Shown here piece by piece: positions 49,937 to 62,872 of a DNA stretch of 64,000 nucleotides (within the stretch, counting starts at the first letter, position 1; each line of letters begins with the position of its first letter). The position numbers were made by a program, and so were the translations under genes. The notes beneath the pieces were generated by a model, which was given only the letters and a program-made list of their open reading frames with translations, was not told the origin of the DNA and made no database searches. Source of the stretch: Camelus dromedarius (lineage: Eukaryota); assembly GCF_036321535.1 (NCBI RefSeq), contig NC_087437.1, forward strand, positions 16,432,001 through 16,496,000. The letters are read 5' to 3'.

Positions 49937-51785
49937 TCCAAGAGCATGATATATCTTTCCATTTATTTGTGTCATCATCAATTTCTTTCATCAATGCCTT
50001 GTAGTTTTCAGAGCACAGGTTCTCTGTTAAAATGTTCATACTACCCAAAGCAAACTACAGATTCAATACAATCCCTATCAAATTACCAATGGCATTTTTC
50101 ACAGAACTAGAACAAATAATCCTAAAATTTGTATGTAACCACAAAAGGTCCCAAGCAGCCAAAGCAATCTTGAGAAAGATGAACATAGCTGGAGATATTA
50201 AGCTCCCCTGATTTCAAACTATGCTACAAAGCTACAGCTATCAAAACAGTATGATATGGACACAGAAACAAACACATACATCAATGGAATAGAATAGAGA
50301 TCCCAGAAATAAACCCATGCTTACGTGACCAATTAGTCTACAACATAGGACAAGAATATTCAATAAGGGAAAAGACAGTCTCTTCAATAAATGGTGCTGG
50401 GAAAACTGGACAGCTGCATGTCAAAGAATGAAACTAGACACTTTCTTGCACCACATACAAAAATGAACTCAAAATGGATTAAAGACCAATGTAAGACTGG
50501 AAACCATAAAATTCCTAGAAGAAAACATAGTCAGTGAGCTCTATGACATCAGCCTTAGCAGTATTTTTTTTTTTTTTTGGATGAGTCTCCTCAGTCAAAG
50601 GCAACAAAAGCAAAAATAAACAAATGAGATTACATCAAACTAAAAAGCTTTTGCACAGCAATAGAAACCATCAACCGAACAAAAAGGCAACCTACTGAAT
50701 GAGAAGATATTTGCAAATGATATGTCTGAAAAGGGATTAATATCCAAAATATAAAAGAACTCATACAACAAAATATAAAAAAAAAAATCTGATTTTAAAA
50801 TGAGGAAAGGCCTGCATGGACATTTTCCCAAAGTAGGCATACAGACGTCCAATAGCACATGAAAAAAAATGCTCAACATCATTAATCATGAGGTAAATGC
50901 AAATCAAAACCACAGTGAGATATCATCTCACACCTGTCAGAATGGCTATTATCAAAAAGAAAACAAATAATAAGTGATAGTGAAGATGTGGAGAAAATGG
51001 AACCCTCGTGCACTGTTGGGGATGTAAATTGGTGCAGCAGCCACTATGGAAAATAGTATGGAGCTTCCTCAAAAAATTAAAAGTAGAACTACCATATGAT
51101 CTAACAATTCCTCTTCTGAGTATTTATCTAAAGAACACGAAAACACTAATTTGAAAAGACATATGCACCCATTCAATGTTCATGACAGCATTATTTACAA
51201 TACCCACTTAGGAAGCAATGTAAGTGTCACCAATAAATAAATGGATAAGGAAGACATTATATATATTTTCCCCAATGGAATATTACTCAGCTACAAAAAA
51301 GAATGAAATCTTACCATTTATGACAACATGGTTGGACCTAGAGGATATTATGCTAAATAAAACAAGTCAGATAGAGAAAGACAAAAGGACAAACACCATA
51401 CAATTTCACTTATGTATGGAATCTAAAAACAAAACAAATGAACAAATGTAACAAAATAGTAACAGTCTCTTAGTTACAGAGAACAAAGTGGTTGCTGGGT
51501 AGAGGGTGGCAAGCAGGGGAGATGAGAATGGTCGCAACAGGTGAAGGGAATTAAGAAGTACAAACTTTCAGTTAAAAAATAAATCACAGGAATAAACCAT
51601 ACAGCATAGGGAATATAGTCAATAATATTGTAATGCCTTTCATGGTGACAGATGGTATTAGAGTTATCATGGTGATTGTCTCATAATGTATAAAATATCA
51701 AATCACCATGTTGTACATTTGAACCTAATATAAAATTGTAGGTCAGTTATACTTCAATCGAAAAAAAAAAAAAAAAAAAAAAAAC
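49937..51785 (+). mobile_element. 5'-truncated L1 with 5' inversion (49937-~50024 minus, ~50025-51785 plus), poly(A) tail and TSD
   Basis: TSD agaatggcctga at 49925-49936 and 51786-51797; inverted piece encodes [25 protein letters not shown]; sense piece resumes [10 protein letters not shown]-tail at ~51761-51784. Confidence 0.92.
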
Positions 51786-52967
51786 AGAATGGCCTGAAAA
51801 AAAGACACATAGTCACATTAACTTCAAAGGAGAAACAATAAGATAGACATTTGATTTTGTAACAGAAATGATAAAAGCTAGAAGAACAATGGAATGATTT
51901 TTCAATTATGCCAAAAAAAAAAGTAAATAATGGTCAACCTAGAATTCCAAACTTTGAGAAAATTTCCTTCAAAAATGAATACAAAATAAAAGTGCTTTAG
52001 GACAAATAAAAAGTAAGAGGAGTCATGGTTATCAAACTTGCATTAAGAGAAATAATAAAGAGATTTCTTCTACAAGAGTTAGCAGGGGGTAAAAACTGAC
52101 TCTGGATTGCAGAAGCAAAGTGTAGACCTCTCTAAAGGAACACACTGTTAACACAGGTAGCAATGTTACAGCCCCACATACAACGTACTGCCAGATATGA
52201 GTTCACGCAAGGAAACAAGCCACAATTTGCAACAATCAAAAGAAATAAAAAGCAGTAGATTTAGACAAGCTATTAATATAGACAACTAAGAAGTGTGGGC
52301 TATAGATTTATAGAATATGTATGTCTAAAATAAAGAGATAAGAGCTGGAACTTTTAAGAAGAGGTAAAAGACAAGACACTCTAAAATCCTAGATTTTTAA
52401 AAGAATTGAAAGGAAATTTTGGAAATGAAAAATATCTTTTAATCTAAAATTTCAAGCATGGGCTAAACAAATCAGATATACAGAGGATTAATGAACAGGA
52501 AAATAAGGCTAAAGAAATCACCCAGAAGCTACCACAGAGATACTGACAAGTAAAAATATTATAAGTAAAGTTAAGAAAAATAGGGGCTGAAATGAGAAGA
52601 TTTAATTTGGCCCTGAAAATACCATACTTGAGAAGAGAGAGAATAGGGGAAGGAAATATTCAAAGAGATAATGGCTTAAAATTTTCTAGGACTGATGAAA
52701 GACATTAAACCTCAGATTCAGAAAGCATAATTTATTTCAAGCAAAATAAATAAAGATGAATCTACAAGCAGATTTATCAAAGGAAAATTATAGGAAAAAA
52801 GAAAAACTATCCTAGGACAATCAGAGACAGAAGGCAGGTTACCTCCAAAAGCAGGCAAAAATGTACTATTTACCAGCAGCAATAGAAGCCAGAGACAGTA
52901 GAATAGTATTTTCAAAGTTCTAGAGGAAAATCACCACTAGTTTAAAATTTTGGACCATGTTAAACTT

Positions 52968-53489
52968 TGTTAATGCTCTTCAGCCAAAGACTCAGGGAAG
53001 ACATCTGTAGTGGAACAAGTTGTGTTTATTACCTGTTGCAGCAAGGGGGAAGCATGGTGTGTCTCAGTAAGAGGGTACTAGAAATAATCTATTACAGGAT
53101 TTGGGCTATGGCTGGGTAATTGGGGAGACCCTCCTGGGGAGGGTCTAAGGAATCAGAGGGCTCATTTTGGATGCGGACGTTGTCAGAAAGTCATAGCAAT
53201 TCTATGACTGTGGATCTCAGTAATTATCTATAGGGAAGGAAGTCTAGAGTGAGGATAGACTGGAATTGGTAAAAGTTGCAGTCACTCATTTAGCAAGAGA
53301 GGGAGACATTTGGTGTTTTGTGAGCTATGCAAGGACCTGGTCTGAGTGGAATGTCTGTGAGACTGTTTATGTCCAACAGGAGGACAGCATGGCTTAGCTG
53401 TAAGCATCAGATCCGTCTGTAATAATATTGAGACTTCGCTGTGAAGTTAGATCAGTCCCAGATGTCGAGAGCTGCTTTTTATATCCTTA
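52968..53489 (-). mobile_element. ERV1-class solo LTR (MER90-like, family uncertain)
   Basis: tg...ta termini with 4-bp TSD actt (52964-52967 / 53490-53493); tttatt on + gives a minus-strand poly(A) signal; interrupts L1 ORF1 sequence. Confidence 0.65.
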
Positions 53490-54604
53490 ACTTCTATTCA
53501 TAAACGAGGATGAAATAAATAAGAATGAATTAGAGAGTTTGACACTCACAGTCCTGCAATGAAGGTAATTCTAAAGGGTATAACTTCAGGAAGTAGGAAA
53601 TTGAACCCAGAAGGAATGGAATATAAGAAAGAATAGTGAGCAAAGGAGTTGGTAATCATGGCCATAAATCAAACCTCACATCGACAGTATGAAACAATAA
53701 TAACAATAGTGGTGGGAGGGGTTAAAAATAAGACTGAACCACAACTCTGAACAATATATAAGATCAGAGGGAAATGATTAGGCCGAGCATTCTGCGATCC
53801 CTGCATTAAGGAAGAAGGTAGCCGTTCTGATGAACTCTATGGCTTTGTTAAGGCAAGAATGCAAGTTAAAATTTAACTAAAAGAATAGAAATAGACCATA
53901 TAAATTTGGTGGGGGAAGAAATGAAAAAAAATTCATCAATATTAAATAAGGAAAGAAAGGAGAAACAATGATGCCAAGAAATATCCTGAGAAATGGAATG
54001 TAAAAATGAATCCAAACATACCAGTATTGACTACAGACATCATCAGATTAAATTTATCAGCTAAAGGGCAAAAATCACCAAAGTGGATTTTTTTAATGAG
54101 CTCTGTGCTTTTTCAATTGGCACACAAAATATAAGAACAAGAAGTTTGAAAGTTTTTAAAAGAATAGAAAGTAAGCAAATATCATACTAATAAAAAGAAG
54201 CTGATTTCTCTATATAACCGTAAGCCTCGGGTTCTCTCTCTCTGTCTGTCTCTTGCTCTCTCATCACTGCCTACTGCTCCACTTTGTTGTTTTTTAATTC
54301 AAAGCAGTTCTTTTTAACCATCGTTAACATGTCTCCACGTGGACTTCCCAGCCCTTTTTACAATTTGACCTTTCAATTCCAGACACAACGACTAACAGAT
54401 TCCCAACCTCTTAAAAAAGAAAATCTGATTGGTTGCAGTGGAGGAAGGTTTAAGGCATTAGAACTATGAGGAGGCTCTGAAGAACTGGAGAAATACATGC
54501 TGATCCCAATGAAGTCATCATATTTTTTTTTTAGTTTGCGACTTTGATGTTCATAACGTCATTAAGTCATCAATAGACGCTTAAATCATGTTTATAAACA
54601 CTGT

Positions 54605-55084
54605 TCACTAACACTAGATCCTCCATGAAGCAGACACCAAGATGGAGTTGTACATGTAAAAGATTCACGAGGGGAAGCACCTGTAGAGGATAAAAGGGAG
54701 GAGGAGCAGGAGGAGGCAGATAGAACTTCAGACCACGTTGTAGGTCTGACCTCTGTGTAAGGAGAAAGAGATGGAAGTATTGAGTTGGAAGAGTCCCAAA
54801 CTAAAGCACATTTCTGAGAAATTCTCTTTCAGGCCAATGGAGTTTCCAGGCAAAGCTGCCCATCAGAGGAATTCTGCGTTGGACAAGAATGGGTGGGCAC
54901 TGTTCCAGAATTCCTTTCCCGAATTCCATATTGGATAGGAATGAGCCTGCCATGCTCGTTCATTGGCCAGAAGTGGTGCAGACCCAGTATTTAAAGGGCA
55001 GCAGCTAAAAGCTGTCAACCAACGATCCCCCTGTAGCAGGTTCACATGGAGGTCATCTGAATGGCATGTCCCACGGCCACCACA
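54605..55084 (-). mobile_element. ERVL LTR16-like 3' LTR
   Basis: gaagcagacaccaagatggag...cttcagaccacgttgtaggtctgacctctgtg...catgtcccacggccaccaca. Confidence 0.75.
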
Positions 55085-55980
55085 GTTCACATCTTACACC
55101 GCACAGATTCATTTCTCCATTCCCATCATTGAACACTCCATGTTCAAGGAGCGGCTAGGCCATGGTCCCCTTGAGTCTCTCTTTATAAGACAAAACTTAG
55201 AAGGAGGGGGTTAGTGAGATGAACCACAGCCCCCAACACTGCAGTTCATCTCCGGCCACAACTGGTACTCATCCTCTCCCTTCTACATTGTTCATTCTAA
55301 AGTCACCTCGTCCTCACTACTACCTTGGCTAGCCTTGGTGGCTTACATGGTAATATGACCCAAACCTTCGTTCTGGAGAGGCCTGAACAAACCACTGGTA
55401 GTCATACCCTTTTCACGCTGGAGTTGCTTCAGAAGTCCGTTCGTAAGTGGGATGTACCAGGATGCACCTAACTGGATCACCTGGGTTCCACAGGTAGTGC
55501 CCCCAGCCTCCATCATGTACAAGCAGCCTTCCTGCAGATCAGAGCCAATTATTGTACAAATAGACTCCTCGTCCTGCCTGCTGGTCCCTGGGTGCAGGAG
55601 TCCAGAGTGTCCTGGCTACAGGATAACCTATAGTTTAATGGGATCCTTACTCTGCATCCTGACAAGACCTACCTCCAAGGGGGAGAAAGACTCTAATCCC
55701 ACAGAGCCCGCAGGTCCAGGCACAAAATCCCCGAGGGCTCACAGAGAGTGATGGTAACTGGAGCCAATTCTGCTCTCAGGTCTTGGTTCCTGGACTCATG
55801 TACCCTCTCCACTAAGGACACAGCATCACATAGGGGTCTCTGATTTGATATACATACTGCATCCTGAGGAGGGCGCCCCACCGTCCAGATTGCTCTCTCT
55901 GCGTTCATGGGGCAGCAGCTGAGGTTTTCTTGAAGGGGATGGAAGGGCTGCACCTCCGTGACTGCCACAAACAAGGAAGG
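55085..55980 (-). mobile_element. ERVL internal region (pol/integrase C-terminal remnant) adjoining the LTR16-like LTR
   Basis: Minus-strand peptide QDAVCISNQRPLCDAVSLVERVHESRNQDLRAELAPVTIT resembles the ERVL integrase C-terminus; decayed PPT-like sequence next to the LTR. Confidence 0.75.
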
Positions 55981-56021
55981 GCCAAAAGTGACTTAGACTA
56001 GAGTCTAGGCAAACATCTAAA

Positions 56022-56544
56022 ATGTATTTCCACAGTTGTTCCCATTATCTCTTCCTACATAACAAGTCCCAAAGATTAGTGGCTTGAAACAAGCACCAGG
56101 TTACTATAGCTTATGGTTTTGAAGGGTAGGGATTTGGACAAGATTTGCTGGGCAACTGTTCCATTGCACAAGCAGAGACCAGTCAATCAGTAGTAGCAGC
56201 CAGGGAATGGGCTGGAGGGGCCAAGATGGTTCCCTCATATGCCTGGCACCTTACTGAGGATGAATGGAAATGCTGGGCTTGGCTAGGACAGTTGGCCTGA
56301 GGGTCCACACATGGCCAGTCAACATGGCGTCTCCTAAGTAAGGAGACTGCTTCCATGGTGGCTCGGGACACCAGTGAACAAGGCAGAAGCTGCATGGCCT
56401 TCTCTGAGCTGGTCTCCGAAGTCACAGAGCATCTCTGACACTGTACTGTCAAAGCAGCCAGACTGAAAGGGAGGGAACATAGAACCTACGTCTCAAGAGG
56501 AAAAGGGTCAAAAAATGTGTGACTATGTTTTAAATCCATCACAG
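56022..56544 (-). mobile_element. MaLR LTR (MLT1F-like)
   Basis: ttagtggcttgaaacaagc...gaacaaggcagaagctgcatggcc...ctatgtttttaaatccatcaca. Confidence 0.75.
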
Positions 56545-57536
56545 GACTAAACTTTCAGTTAGCTGGAATAATTTCTTACTCAGAACACCTCAGCTGCAAG
56601 CATGGCCAGGAATCCAGAGTGTTACAATAATTTACAACACTTATAATTGCACAAAGTGAGAACAAAAATATCTGTTCAATGATTGCGCAGATAAGTATTT
56701 ATTACAATCTGGAAGACAAGAAATGAACTGGCCGGAAACGCTGATGCCTGCCCCTTTCATGGCAACAAACCCCGTACCCCCTTCCCCTGGTCCCTTGAGT
56801 GAAGGAAGGACTCCAGCCTGGCAGCACCCACCTCCACCCTGTCATACATGTGCCTTGCAAAGCAGAGCTGCAGAGCTTGCTCGCAGACGGGGGCTCCCTC
56901 GTGTCTGGCCGCGCACTCAGGACCTGAGCCTCTTCTGCTGCTGTGTGCACAACCCAAACACAAACCCAGCTTTGGTCTCTGAGTCACAGTCCTCTCTCTC
57001 AGGAGAGGCTGCAGTCCTCAGTTGCTCCAGCCATTGCTTTTGAATTATTACTCAAATTAGCTTTCTTTGAATAATTTGAATATTTAGAAAATTTTAATTA
57101 TTAGAATTGAATAATTTGAATAATTATTAAAATTATTGTTTTTGTTATTATCCCTGGGAGATGGGACCTGGGTGGTACTTTGTCCAAAAGGCTGACAGCT
57201 TTCCCTTGAAGAAGTGCTCTCGGATCTCCCACAAAGTTCTTGTCCCTGCGGGTCAGGGTTGGGGGATGTGATCTTGTGGGGAGGAGGAGAAACCAAACCC
57301 AATATTTGCCAATTTACGTGTCTTTTCACCCTCTGTTCTGCTTTGCACAGTCTCTTTGGGGTGACTGTGTTTGGGGGGTACATGCTCCACTGTAGCATTA
57401 TGTGGCCAGTACACGGAGAGAGGGCTCAGTCAGCGCGGGAGGGAGACGGTCTACCCGCTCTACATGCTCCGAGTCCCAGCACGGCTCAGTGTGTCATCGC
57501 ATTGCCCTGACACCTGAACGTAGCTAAGTAGCAGAT

Positions 57537-58042
57537 GTGTGTGTTTGGGTTCCTCCCACAGCTGAGCCTGAGATAAGGACTTGGGTGTAGGTAGTTTATT
57601 TGTGAGGTGATCTCAGACAGGGCGGGGAGGGAAGTCAATATGAGGGTGTGACACTGAGGAAGTTCCCAGAGGTTGGCGGCTCCACGCTACCAGGACCCAC
57701 TGAGAAGTGTGTAGGACAGACACCCTTCTGGGATCGTGCCCCTGAAGAACACTGGGCTGGGCGGTTTTCCACCAGCTCCCATCACCAACCAGTGGAGGGT
57801 TGGAGGATTGCCCCCAAGGGCAGTAACTCACCCCACTCTGGGCTGATCTTCAAGGAGTTCATCAGAGAAGATCCTGGGGCAGGAAGAAGACTCACAACTT
57901 GACCTTGAGGAGGTAGGCTGGTAGCAGGAAGTCAGTGAGCTCGCAGACAATTCGCCACTGCAGCCTCGGGGCAGTGGTGGGGAACCAGAGATGGGCAAAG
58001 GGATGACGTGGCCATGGGTACCGGCACAATGCAGAACTATAG
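57537..58042 (-). mobile_element. ERVL LTR16C-like solo LTR
   Basis: gagcctgagataaggacttgggtgtaggtagtttatttgtgaggtgatc...gggttggaggattgccccc. Confidence 0.7.
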
Positions 58043-58044
58043 GG

Positions 58045-59420
58045 GGTAATATTTCCCCTTAGAAACTGGAGATTCGATACCACTGACCTTGAGCTTCCAG
58101 GATTAGCAAAGAAATGAAATGCCCACCTGAATCCTGCTCCCTCATAGCTAAATAGTTATTTTTCTCTGCAGAAGCTTTTAGTATGTTCTTCTGTTCTCCA
58201 TGTTCTACAATGGCACTGGGTTGTATCTGGTTGTGAGTGTTTGGTCATCTATTTTTCATGTCTCTCTGTGACCCTTTCTAACCTGAAAACGTGCAGGGTT
58301 TTTTCAGTTTTAAGGTTTCTCCTTTTGTATCTTTATTTTCTCTCTTCCATGCACCCTAGTCTCCACTTTTTTCTTTTTTTTTTTTTTTAAACTCTAATTC
58401 ATGAATTCTGTCTTTATCTGTGCCCATGCTGCTATTCAGCACATCCATTAAATTTTCAAAACTAGCTGGTAATCATGGAATCCTAATGAATTCTTTTTCA
58501 TATCACTCATTCTTAATTGATGGTGTACCAGCCTCTCATATCTGAATATTAATTACACTTATTTTAAAGTTATTTCTCCCTTCCCATAGATGTTAGCTAT
58601 TTTATTTGTTGACTTGGGCTCTTCTTTTTAATGATGTTTGTTTTCGTTAAATGTTTGGACATTCTTAACTATTGTTTGCACTTGAATTTGAAATTCCTGT
58701 TTGCCTGAGTGCATAAGTGCTGATTCCAGCTGCCTTGGGCGACTTGGGGTTGGGGGGCGGGGAGCACAGGGAGGTGGAGGGTAGGAACTGCAAACTAGTA
58801 GCTGAGCAGCTTGCTTGCCTTCTGCGAAGGAGGGCTCACCTCTGCAGGAGTGTCAGTCATCCAGAGTCATTTCTCTCCATCTCTGGCCCAACCACCCATC
58901 TGAGTTTGCTGGGTCAGGACTCCTCCTGCTTCAGACAGCTGTGCTCAAAGTTTATTCTGGGGACACAGGCATGAATCAGTCCCCTTCTTTTTTTTTTTTT
59001 TTTTTTTTTTCTTTCTTCATTCCTTGGATGTCTGGGATTGCTTCGGGCTCTGTTCTTCCTCTCCTTGTTCTGCCTCTGTTGTTTCTCCCCTTCTGGAGAT
59101 TTTATCCTGGATCTAAACATCACCCATGCACTCTGCTCAGTAGGTGTGGGGAGGGAAAGGGGTCCGGAGGGCTCAGCTGTTCCAAATACGAAGCTTTGTT
59201 AATTAACCTGATGGTTGCCCCAAAGCCCCTCCAGATCTCTCTATTTGTTGAGTCTGTGCTTAAAATATTTCTGGAATTTCTATTCCTTCCATGGTAGTTT
59301 TCTGCTCTCTGTGTTGTGGGCTATGACTTTTTTCTGCCCTTCGGTTTCTGCAGAGTGATCCCATCTGCTTTCTGTCTTCCAGGAATTTTTCAAACTCTGG
59401 CTAAGGATAGATCCCTTGCT
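58045..59420 (-). mobile_element. HAL1/L1ME-type remnant (ORF1 and 5' region)
   Basis: gcagaagcttttag...ctattcagcacatccattaaattttc...ccatctgctttctgtcttccaggaattt. Confidence 0.55.
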
Positions 59421-59469
59421 TGTTTCACAGCACCTTGGTGGATTCCTTTACCTCCTCCTCCTTTCATCC

Positions 59470-59630
59470 ATTTGTCTTATTTAATCCTCACAATGATTCA
59501 ATGAAAGAGGTATTCATCATTACGTTATTGTTCAGAAGGAACACTGAGGCTCAAGGAAGGTAACCTCCTGGAGGCATCACAGCTAGAACATGGCTGTACT
59601 GGAACTTGAACCCCAGTTCATCTAACTCCG
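59470..59630 (-). mobile_element. MIR fragment
   Basis: atttaatcctcacaa...cagaaggaacactgaggctcaagg...cacagctag...cttgaaccccag. Confidence 0.75.
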
Positions 59631-61789
59631 GGGTGTAATTACAAGTATTCTCTCCACTTGTCAGGGACCTTCTCTACGTTTGCCTCTTACTCCCTTCCCC
59701 CGATGGCCTGAGAGCTCCTTGAGGAGCCAGGGTTATCCGGGAACCCCCTTTGGATTCTCTGCAGCACCTTGCACTGTGCAGAGAACACCAAACACGGGGA
59801 GTGTGGGTTGGTGGTACCCAAAGTCACGTGACTAGGAAGTGGCAGGTCAGATTTGAACCCAGGAAGTCTGGCCCCAGACACTGTACCTAATAACATCCTA
59901 CACTCAGATTTGAGGTGTCATTCACCAACTTCCTCCCGAGCATCCCCTCCCTGGGGAGGAGGCATATCACCAAGCCTGCTGTCAATTTATACCCAGGGAA
60001 GACTGCCCTCGGGGGACCTCTACTGCTGTGTTTCATTACAAGCATCCTGGCACCGTTCGACTCTTAAAACCAAGACCGAGTATTACTTTGATGAAACAGA
60101 AAAGAATACAGACTATGGGCTGTATGTATGTCCGAGTTGTCAACAAACTACACAGACACAACCAAGACCAGGAAAGAGATGTGTCTGAATGAGGAAGGAG
60201 TGGAGAATGTGGACGTGGCAAGACTGACCTATGAGGAGGCAAGAAGCTGTGGTTCACGATCGGCCACAAACAAACCATATCACTTTCAAAAGTGGCCCTC
60301 TTTGGGCTTCGGTTTTTCTATTTTGTAAGGTAAGGCCATCTATATGGTCCCTCTAATGCTGATATACAAGATTTAAATAAATAGCAAATTCAACTTTATC
60401 AGAACTAAAACCTGAACATCGGAGTGTTCCCAGCCTCTCTGCTTATGTCATTCAGAGTCTTGGGTGCTTCTCCAATCCCATTCCTCATTATTCTTTGTCT
60501 CAAACTTTTACCCTCTAGCCCACAGACCTATGCACGGCTTTCTTGTGTAAATGTCATTATATTTTTTGCATCCAAGTCCTTCCTTGTCTCAGGTGGCCCT
60601 ATCCCTTTTCTGACCACCCACGTACACACACACACACACACATACACACACGCCCATTTTGGGCCAGGCTAATTATATTTGTTATTTTTAAGACTCTGTT
60701 TAAGTATAATTTCCTCCAGGAAGACCTTTCTGATACCCTTCCCCAGGCTCTGTACTTCTCTCTGCTGCCTGATGGGAGCCCGTGATAGCCCACAGCACTA
60801 ATCTAATTTAAACCTAACATCCTGGAAAGGGAACATCAGCTCTGTTTTTACAGATGTGGAAATTGACTCAGCAAGATTGAGGAACCCACCCACACCAACA
60901 CTGCACACCATCAAATCTCAGAGACGGAAGTCAAACCCAGTGTGTGTGCTCTGGCCACCTTTGAAGCAGCTGCCTCATAAGGCTGGGGCACAACTGGGAT
61001 GATGCCCCAACACCCCAAGCTGGGGTGGTGAGGATGGCAAACTGGCAAAGCCCAGTGCACAGGTCATGGCAGCTAAGAAACAAAGCCAGGCTGGGAAACA
61101 TGCAGGGGGCACCTGGGGCCGTTGTCCAACCCTGAACGGGGAGGGAGATACAGAGGGGGCCTGCACGTGAGTCCCACTTTCTGGGCACTGAGCTCATGTG
61201 GGACTGGCTTCCAAGCCTATAAGCAGAGCTGGGCACACAGACATCTAGAGTGTTCATTGCTTCTTCTTCTAGATCCTTAGGTGCCAAATCACCTTAGGGT
61301 GTGGATCCACACATGGTCTTTGGAGATTAACTAATGACTGGGCTGGATGCCATGTTGTACTGTAGGCTGGCACATTTCCGCTGGAGCCCACATGGGGCAC
61401 CAAGTGTGAATTAATAAGGTCAGACCAGAATTGAATTGCTTTCAGCCAAATACTACTATAAAACAACATAGAGAGCAAAAAGTAAATATAACATGATTTT
61501 TTTCTAACAAATTATGAAGATAAAAACAGGGCAAGTTTCTAAGCACAGGATTATGCAAAAGTTTTAGAGCAATTTTCATAAATGGAAGGATTAGTACCAT
61601 ACATTACTATCATTTCAACTAATGTTTAGTTTGGAATTTTGAAGAAGTGAAGCAAATGGATTTTCTACTAAGTAACTCAACATTATCCAAGTTGTTCTAG
61701 AAATGATTATATTTGAAATTACTCTCAAAAATACTGAAGAAGAAGATGCTATAAGAAATAAAGACATAAGTATATTATTTAAAATTGTA

Positions 61790-62010
61790 AGAGAGTAGCT
61801 TAGACCATGGGCTCTGGAGTCAGATTGCCTGGGTATAAATCCTGACTTTAGCTGATGTGTCTATGCTAGTGTTTCTCACCTATGAAATGGAGATAAGGGT
61901 ATCTAGCCATAAAGTTGGGTAAACATTAAATGAGTTAATGCCATTGGAAGAAAGCTGTGCATGTGGTAAACACTCAATAAATGCTAGCTGTTAGTTATTA
62001 GCTATTATTA
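61790..62010 (+). mobile_element. MIR SINE
   Basis: gggctctggagtcagattgcctgggtataaatcctg...tttctcacctatgaaatggagata...cactcaataaatgctagct. Confidence 0.8.
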
Positions 62011-62069
62011 TTGGCAATTAAATATAATTAACAGAATAAATTAAATATATATACACTTATTAATATTAA

Positions 62070-62096
62070 ATATATATATATATATATATATATATC
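62070..62096. repeat. (TA)n microsatellite
   Basis: Directly visible. Confidence 0.9.
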
Positions 62097-62139
62097 TTTC
62101 CAAAATTCTTTATTTCATAAAATTGGAACATTTGTTGGC

Positions 62140-62387
62140 AACCTAATACACAAACCCAAGTCCATGAACAGAAATTCTTCTTCTCCAAGGAAATCTTATT
62201 TTTGCTCTTAAGGTCTTTCTACTGATTACAAGAGGCCCACTTAGATCATCAAAAGGATAATCTCCTTTACTTAAAGTCAATTGACTGTAGGTGTTAACCA
62301 CATCTACAAAATACCCTCACAGCAACACCTAGATTCATTTATTCAAATAGCAAGGTACTATAGTTGACACATAAACTGACCATCACA
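62140..62387 (-). mobile_element. ERVL LTR fragment, MLT2C/D-like
   Basis: gataatctcctttacttaaagtcaattgactgtag...gttgacacataaactgaccatcaca. Confidence 0.8.
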
Positions 62388-62719
62388 GTTGGGTTAGAGG
62401 AAACGAAGTATGTCCCAAGCAAAGGGACAGTGGGTGCAAAGGCACAGACGGAAGCTACAGAGCTATGTTGGGATGTGTGTGGGTGTGTGTGTATGTCTGA
62501 GTGTATCTGAGTGTGTGTGTGTGAGTGGGTCTGTGTGTGTATCTTTTTCTGTGTGGGTGAGTGTGTGTGTCTGTGTGTGTGTGTTGGTGGAAGGGCAGAG
62601 GAGTGCGCAGAAGCAAAAGTGTGCGCCAAGAGGCAGCAGAAGCTGAATCTACAGAGGTGAGCAAGGTCTTACCCGCCACGCTGAGGAGCTTTACTTTACA
62701 CTGAGGCCTAAAGCAGGTC

Positions 62720-62872
62720 AGAATCATCTCGAATCCCCTAGGCACGTACCATATTTGAAAACACAAATTCTTTGGCCCCCTCCCAGATCCAGTTAATCAG
62801 ATGAAACCAGAAACCTGTACTATTAAAAAGCCCCATTTTTCCTCCAATCTGATGACTAGGTTGAGAATCCCT
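62720..62872. mobile_element. MER5A-like MITE
   Basis: aaacacaaattctttggccccctcccagatcc...ctgatgactaggttgagaatc. Confidence 0.55.

Larger units (their letters stand above)
49440..54210 (+). mobile_element. Old L1 (L1ME-like) ORF1-region fragments interrupted by a younger L1 and an LTR
   Basis: gaagagataatgaccaaaatattccc; aaagctagaagaacaatggaatga...caacctagaattc; a second ORF1-like run at ~52300-52960. Confidence 0.65.
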
